Assembly (NCBI RefSeq): GCF_964204645.1 | Contig: NC_134032.1 | Span: forward strand, 12,264,275-12,328,274 | Direction of reading: 5' to 3' | From: Tubulanus polymorphus | Lineage: Eukaryota > Animalia > Nemertea | Length of the DNA stretch: 64,000 bases | Part shown: positions 58,999 to 64,000 of the stretch, in pieces | Numbering within the stretch: the first letter of the stretch is position 1 | Layout: each line of letters begins with the position of its first letter | The notes under the pieces: generated by a model | The model's database searches: none | The model's input: only the letters and a program-made list of their open reading frames with translations | Told to the model about the DNA's origin: nothing | Program-made: the position numbers and the translations under genes

Positions 58999-59364
58999 CA
59001 GTAAACTCCCGATATACCACCCGCATTGGTGCAGAACGATTTTGGCGGTAAAGAGATGTAGGCCTACATTGAGAAAACCTTGGGGTGTTGGTAAAGAGAG
59101 TACAGTGTTTTCGATAAGAAATTAACAAGCCAGGCCTTTGAAAAACAGGAGGGTCCCATAATATGTCACAGCCCCTGAAATGAAAGCTTTTTTGAAGTAG
59201 CAGGCGGGTCCCTTACAAACGACAGACGGGTCTGGGACCTGGGACCTGGCTCTTATTGAAAACACTGGAGTATGGCGGTATCGGGGTGTTTTACTATGTA
59301 TAGAGATGTACTTTTAGAAAACTTGGCAATAAATAGGGGGGGGGGGTATATCGGGGGTTGACTG
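58999..59364. mobile_element. Tc1/mariner-pogo-like MITE
   Basis: TA|CAGTAAACTCCCGATATACC ... GGTATATCGGGGGTTGACTG|TA; related ends near 46975-47173. Confidence 0.78.
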
Positions 59365-59383
59365 TATAAAAATTTTGATTTAA

Positions 59384-59584
59384 GCGGCCTCAGTAGCTCA
59401 GTGAGATAAGGCGTGATGTTGTTGCACCTGCTATCAGTGCTGAGAGACAATAGGTTTGAGTCCTGCTGGCTGCTTACAGTGTGCACTTCAAAGGCCGTCC
59501 CAGTCGTGAGGTTAAGCGAATAATCCAATAGGGTTAGTTTCGTGAAACCAAGATCCAAGCAGCGCAAAGCCAAAACAAACAAAC
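59384..59584 (+). mobile_element. tRNA-derived SINE just upstream of the rabenosyn exon
   Basis: TAGCTCAGTG A-box-like, GGTTTGAGTCC B-box-like, (AAAC)n tail. Confidence 0.72.
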
Positions 59585-59678
59585 CCTACTGCTTCTCAAT
59601 TATGTTTCTCGTTTATGAAAGCGCGTTGATTTTCAGGTTTATGGATCGGTCGTTAGAGGGCGCCACGCTGCTAGTAAC

Positions 59679-61163
59679 ATGTCCGATACGGTGGTGATAC
59701 GCGAGGGCTTCCTGTGCCCGATCTGTATGCAAGATTTAGAGAATGTGTCGCAATTGCAACAACATTTCGACGAGTCGCACTCCGAGGAAAATGACGTACT
59801 TCAACAACTGAAAGGAATCTTCGGCAAAGCGAAAAAGAAAATTCTCGGCTTGGAAGAAGATGATTCGTTAATCGGGGCGACTGCTGGTGGTGCGTCGCCA
59901 TGGAAACCGGATGCAGACGCTGCCCATGTCGATTCATCGTCGTATCTATGGGAACCGCAACGACTCGGAGCCAGTCGTAACCATAGTGACGCATTTAAAT
60001 CGACTCGCGACGGACGAATCGACCGGTACGTCGTCGAAACGAATAAGTTACTGATTCGTTTGGATAAGTTGATCAGTCCGGACGCGCCGGTCGACACTAA
60101 ACAGCGGAAAATCTACGAAATGCGCGTCGTCAATTGGGCGTTGGATAGCGACGTGAATTTGTGCCCGACGTGCGGCGAGAAATTCCGTCTGACCAGGCGG
60201 CGCCACCACTGTCGTCTGTGCGGCGGAATCATGTGCGATCGGTGCTCGCAGTTTTTGCCGTACGCTTTCGCGAAGCGTTTGACCGACCCGGCGTACGACG
60301 TGGCGACGATCGACGGCGGCTGCGGGTATCTACGACGTACGGGTAGCGCGAGCAGTCTGAACTCGATGACGAACCCGGACGGCGAGCCGCACGTTCGTAC
60401 ATGCGTCGACTGTCGTCGTCTGCTCGAACGACGCGACGTTCAAATGCGTCAACGTTACGCGACGCCGCCGATCGTCGACATCTACGAACGCATGAAGGAG
60501 ATAATGACGCTCGCCGACGAGTCGATGGTCGAATTTCAGAAATTGGTCGATTCGCTGCTCGCCGGCGAGAACACGTACAGCTATCAAAAAGCGGTCGATG
60601 ACAAGACGAAGCTGTTGAAGCTATACGACCACGTCGAGGTTTACAGTAAACGTATCGCGAATTTAGGCCTCGACGAAGCCGAACCGCCGCATCCGAAAGT
60701 TCTCCAGCTGCAGAAGTCGGTGCGTTTGTCGACGATGCAGTATTTACAGTCGAATAAAGTGAAATTGCAGAATTTGCCGACCGAGGCCGAGTTGAAGCGA
60801 CGTCGCGAGCAACGCGAACTCGAACGCCGGCAACGCATCGAGGAGCAACTCGCGCTCGAGAGGACTCGCGAGGAGGAGTCGCGGCGGAAACGTCGATTGT
60901 CGTTGCCGGAGACGTCGCGGTCGGCGGCGTCCGCGTCGGTCGTGCGGGATTCCGGTTGGACGCCGTTCGAAATCGGCAACCAGGTGGCGTCGAACGACGA
61001 CCCGATGATTCAGCAGATGAACATCGTGCGGTTTTATATACGCCAGGCGAAACAGGCGCAGAAATACGACGAGGTGAAAATACTCGAGGACAATCTGAAA
61101 GATTTGCAACTGGAGTATTATAAAGGGATGGGACAAGGGTTTAACAGCAGTACAGAACAATAA
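59679..61163 (+). CDS. RBSN: Rabenosyn-5 (ZFYVE20), single-exon CDS, 494 aa
   Basis: N-terminal C2H2 finger (EGFLCPIC...HFDESH), RYVVETNKLLIRLDKL, FYVE (WxxD, RRRHHCRLCG, RTCVDC), coiled coil, C-terminal Rab-binding helical hairpin (DPMIQQMNIVRFYIRQAK...DEVKILEDNLKDL); AATAAA at 61183. Confidence 0.96.
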   Translation: MSDTVVIREGFLCPICMQDLENVSQLQQHFDESHSEENDVLQQLKGIFGKAKKKILGLEEDDSLIGATAGGASPWKPDADAAHVDSSSYLWEPQRLGASRNHSDAFKSTRDGRIDRYVVETNKLLIRLDKLISPDAPVDTKQRKIYEMRVVNWALDSDVNLCPTCGEKFRLTRRRHHCRLCGGIMCDRCSQFLPYAFAKRLTDPAYDVATIDGGCGYLRRTGSASSLNSMTNPDGEPHVRTCVDCRRLLERRDVQMRQRYATPPIVDIYERMKEIMTLADESMVEFQKLVDSLLAGENTYSYQKAVDDKTKLLKLYDHVEVYSKRIANLGLDEAEPPHPKVLQLQKSVRLSTMQYLQSNKVKLQNLPTEAELKRRREQRELERRQRIEEQLALERTREEESRRKRRLSLPETSRSAASASVVRDSGWTPFEIGNQVASNDDPMIQQMNIVRFYIRQAKQAQKYDEVKILEDNLKDLQLEYYKGMGQGFNSSTEQ

Positions 61164-61248
61164 TCAATACTACGTTCGTAGCAATAAACGGGGGCTGATC
61201 CACGTGGGTCCTCAGTAATTAGTTACTAACAGGGTTCTCATTGATCGG

Positions 61249-61382
61249 GGGACCAGTTGCTCAAAACATGGTTCAAGATAACTGGTGGATAGATACGGTA
61301 GTAAGAATGTGCTTTTAATTGTTAGTAGGCCTATGTCGACTATCCACTGGTTAACTCTGACCAACCTTTGAGCAACCGGCCC
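61249..61382. mobile_element. PIF/Harbinger-like MITE family C (related copy about 4866-5005)
   Basis: GGGACCAGTTGCTCAAA ... TTTGAGCAACCGGCCC|CTG. Confidence 0.7.
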
Positions 61383-63395
61383 CTGAATCAGGTCCCATCG
61401 TTGGGAGTTAAAATATTTTACTCAGAGTTAACTCACGACCCAGGGGATTCAGGATTGATTTTTTTCCTGCTGGGAAACCAGCGAATTCTGACTTAGTTTC
61501 GGGAATCAGCAAATTTGAAGCTAAGCATATGAGCTTAATAATGCCAATATCATTTTGCGGTTTGTGAAATTAATCCAATCATGAATCATAGCACAGTCCG
61601 GTTGGGCGTGTTATGAGACTTCTGTTGTAAGACCCTCAAAATTTTGATCGGCCCATTTGTCTAAGGGTACTTTGTAACTCAAAAAAGCTATGAACAATTT
61701 TTTCACAAACAAATCTTGAAAGTTCATTTGTGAAAGAAAGTCAGAAGAACACCAAGGAATGCCCTCCCTCTTCAAAATAATTAGCCGGAAAATATTCTGC
61801 ATGCAAAATCTTGCCCGTGGATCTGCCCCTGGGACCAGTTTTTATGAAAAAGATTAAGCTTAAAATGGTTTAGTTTGTTGCAGCCTCATTGAAAACATTA
61901 TGAATTAACCAAAAAAGTTATGAAAGCGAGAATTTTGATTTATTTGCAAAATCAAAACCCTGACAGTTCCGTGAAAAGTTTTTAGGTAAAAAACTTGTGA
62001 AGTTTGAATTGTTGTCCTTATTGATAAACCTGAAGCAACTAAACCAATTTATTAAGTTCAACTTTTTTGTGAAACTGGACCCAAAACTTCTACGCCTGGC
62101 CTAGGTCAAGTAAATCAATAACTATGGGATGATGTTATGTAATTAAATCAAAAAATGCTTTATTTAAGTGAGCTTTATTATTTACCATGAGAGCTGATAT
62201 ATTTATTTAAGGAATGCATGCGTGCATGGTGTTATTACTTAATCATAAAATGTGATATTTTTGCCAGTAGAAAAAACTTTAAATTAAAAACATTGATATT
62301 AATTCATTTTTATATATATAAATTATACGTGTATTTTTAAAAGCGTAGCGTGACAAAAATATGATTATTGTAATCTGTTGTTCTGATTAGATTGATAGTG
62401 TTTAAATGGGGAACCGCAATACCAGTTAGCAAGCCCACCAGATGGCTTGACTAATGAAGTAGCAGTCTTAACATTAGCGATTTTCAATCAACTTTGAAGT
62501 GGAAATTCAAAAGTACTGTAACCAGCATATTTGATACTAAAGCTTTGCCTCTGTTGAGGTATGAAAACTAGTTTCTAATATTTATCTATGCGTCTTCTAT
62601 CTTCATATGCGTCAGTAAAGCTGTTTTCTACGATACAAAATACCGTAGATTGTGCATCTAACTCCAAAATACATGTGTCAGTTTAGTAATCTATGTTAGG
62701 TATAAGTTTTGATCACTCGCTGAATTTAGCCATGTAGTACTGCACTCTTCTCTGGTCAGTGCACTAAACGAAGCCTGAGCTTAATATTCACCTACAGTTC
62801 ATGGTGAATACCCAGACAGTACTAGTAGTCGATGTGGACAATATCATTGTCATTATTCCATCGATATTTCATTCTTTGGAAATTCTAAAATAGGAATCCT
62901 TCAAGTTAGTAGAAGCTCCAAAAGGATACATGCATAAGATTGACTTCGGTATACCGGTAGTTTTCATTGAGAACTGGTGTATGGTAGAAGGTTCCCCATT
63001 TATGTTATTCAGTGACGAAAATTCTGAGTAATCTGTTTTTCAAAAACAAGCTGTGATGAAAAGATACAGTTCAGCAATAAGGTGCACACCGGGCTTCGAG
63101 AATTTCAAGATTTTTCCGCGACCCTGTTCGAATAATGTTATACTCGACAGTCTATTGCGTAATCGGGATTACGTTCAATTTGTAATTTACGATTTATTTC
63201 GCTGCCAGTACGTTTCATGTTGTTCGTAATTCAGTAGCGAATCGGCGTCGTTCATCGTCGAGGATGGTCTCAATATTTGCGATGCTGATTGAATATTCGC
63301 ACGAATATTTTAATCTTTACAGACGCGAATTAAACTTAACGCGAATCGTTACTTAGATCAACGACGACGTGAGAAGTTATCGTTCGATTGACGGC

Positions 63396-63665
63396 ATGGA
63401 AATGGAAGTAGCTCCGCCTCCTCTTTCAGAAGATAACGCTGCTCCGCTCCCTCCCGTAGAAGACGAAGATGCTCCACCCCCTCCTGCGGATGAAGATGCT
63501 CCACCCCCTCCTGCGGATGAAGATGCTCCACCCCCTCCAGTTCCACCCGAGGAGCCGTCTGTTACCGCCCCGGCACTTCCTCCTGATACAGATCTTGTAA
63601 ACCCGACGGTTCCACATGTCGAAGCGATGATTCGGTTCAGTGAAGGTCTCGCAGCTATCATACAG
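63396..63665 (+). CDS. Exon of an unidentified gene with acidic, proline-rich N-terminus (DEDAPPPP x3)
   Basis: ATG 63396; CAG|GTAATT donor phase 0; matching acceptor tttcgttttgtag ending at 63983. The 5' boundary is uncertain (possible acceptors ending at 63322 or 63356). Confidence 0.6.
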
Positions 63666-63983
63666 GTAATTTGTGGGGACACTCTAAGTAAACTGGGGTA
63701 AATTCTGGGGATACTCGGAAATGAGGACCCTCCAAAATTGTGGGGTATGATGGGCGCCTTGCAATGGGAATACTCTCAGAATACTGTTGTAATTTGTGGG
63801 AACACAGATAAGGGGAAATGTCGGGGTAACAAGTAAGGTACCTTCAGAAACAAGGACATTACCAGATATTGTGGGGCCAATTTTGGGCTCCATTAAGGAT
63901 TCGGTAATTTTTAGGTATACTCCTGGGATTCTTAATAGTGTAAGCATCAGGCTTTAGTTTCGGTATTTTGTTTCGTTTTGTAG

Positions 63984-64000
63984 GAGGATCCGTTGCTGTG
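63984..64000 (+). CDS. Next exon of the same gene, truncated by the window (EDPLL...)
   Basis: Strong T-rich acceptor; in-frame continuation. Confidence 0.5.

Overview
Eukaryotic (invertebrate, probably spiralian) genomic DNA with AT-rich introns and CpG-rich exons. Most of the window is one minus-strand gene for the presynaptic active-zone scaffold RIM (RIMS/unc-10). I reconstructed 23 coding exons by hand, from ATG 51507 to stop 1828, all with GT-AG junctions and consistent phases (5010 nt, about 1669 aa; Rab3-binding helix, Zn finger, PDZ, C2A, PxxP, C2B). Divergent from it is an intronless rabenosyn-5 CDS (59679-61163, +). An unidentified acidic/proline-rich spliced gene starts at the right edge. 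The introns hold many MITEs (PIF/Harbinger-, piggyBac-, Tc1/pogo-, hAT- and P-like), tRNA-derived SINEs and minisatellites. The most interesting signal is a set of candidate alternative RIM exons the ORF track misses: a phase-enforced mutually exclusive exon pair before the PDZ domain, two in-frame microexons inside the Zn finger, a candidate internal first exon, and a tandemly amplified 5' splice site. There is also a hammerhead-ribozyme core inside a 63-bp-arm hairpin. No rRNA, bona fide tRNA, CRISPR array or intact transposase was seen. All calls come from manual reading; no searches were run.
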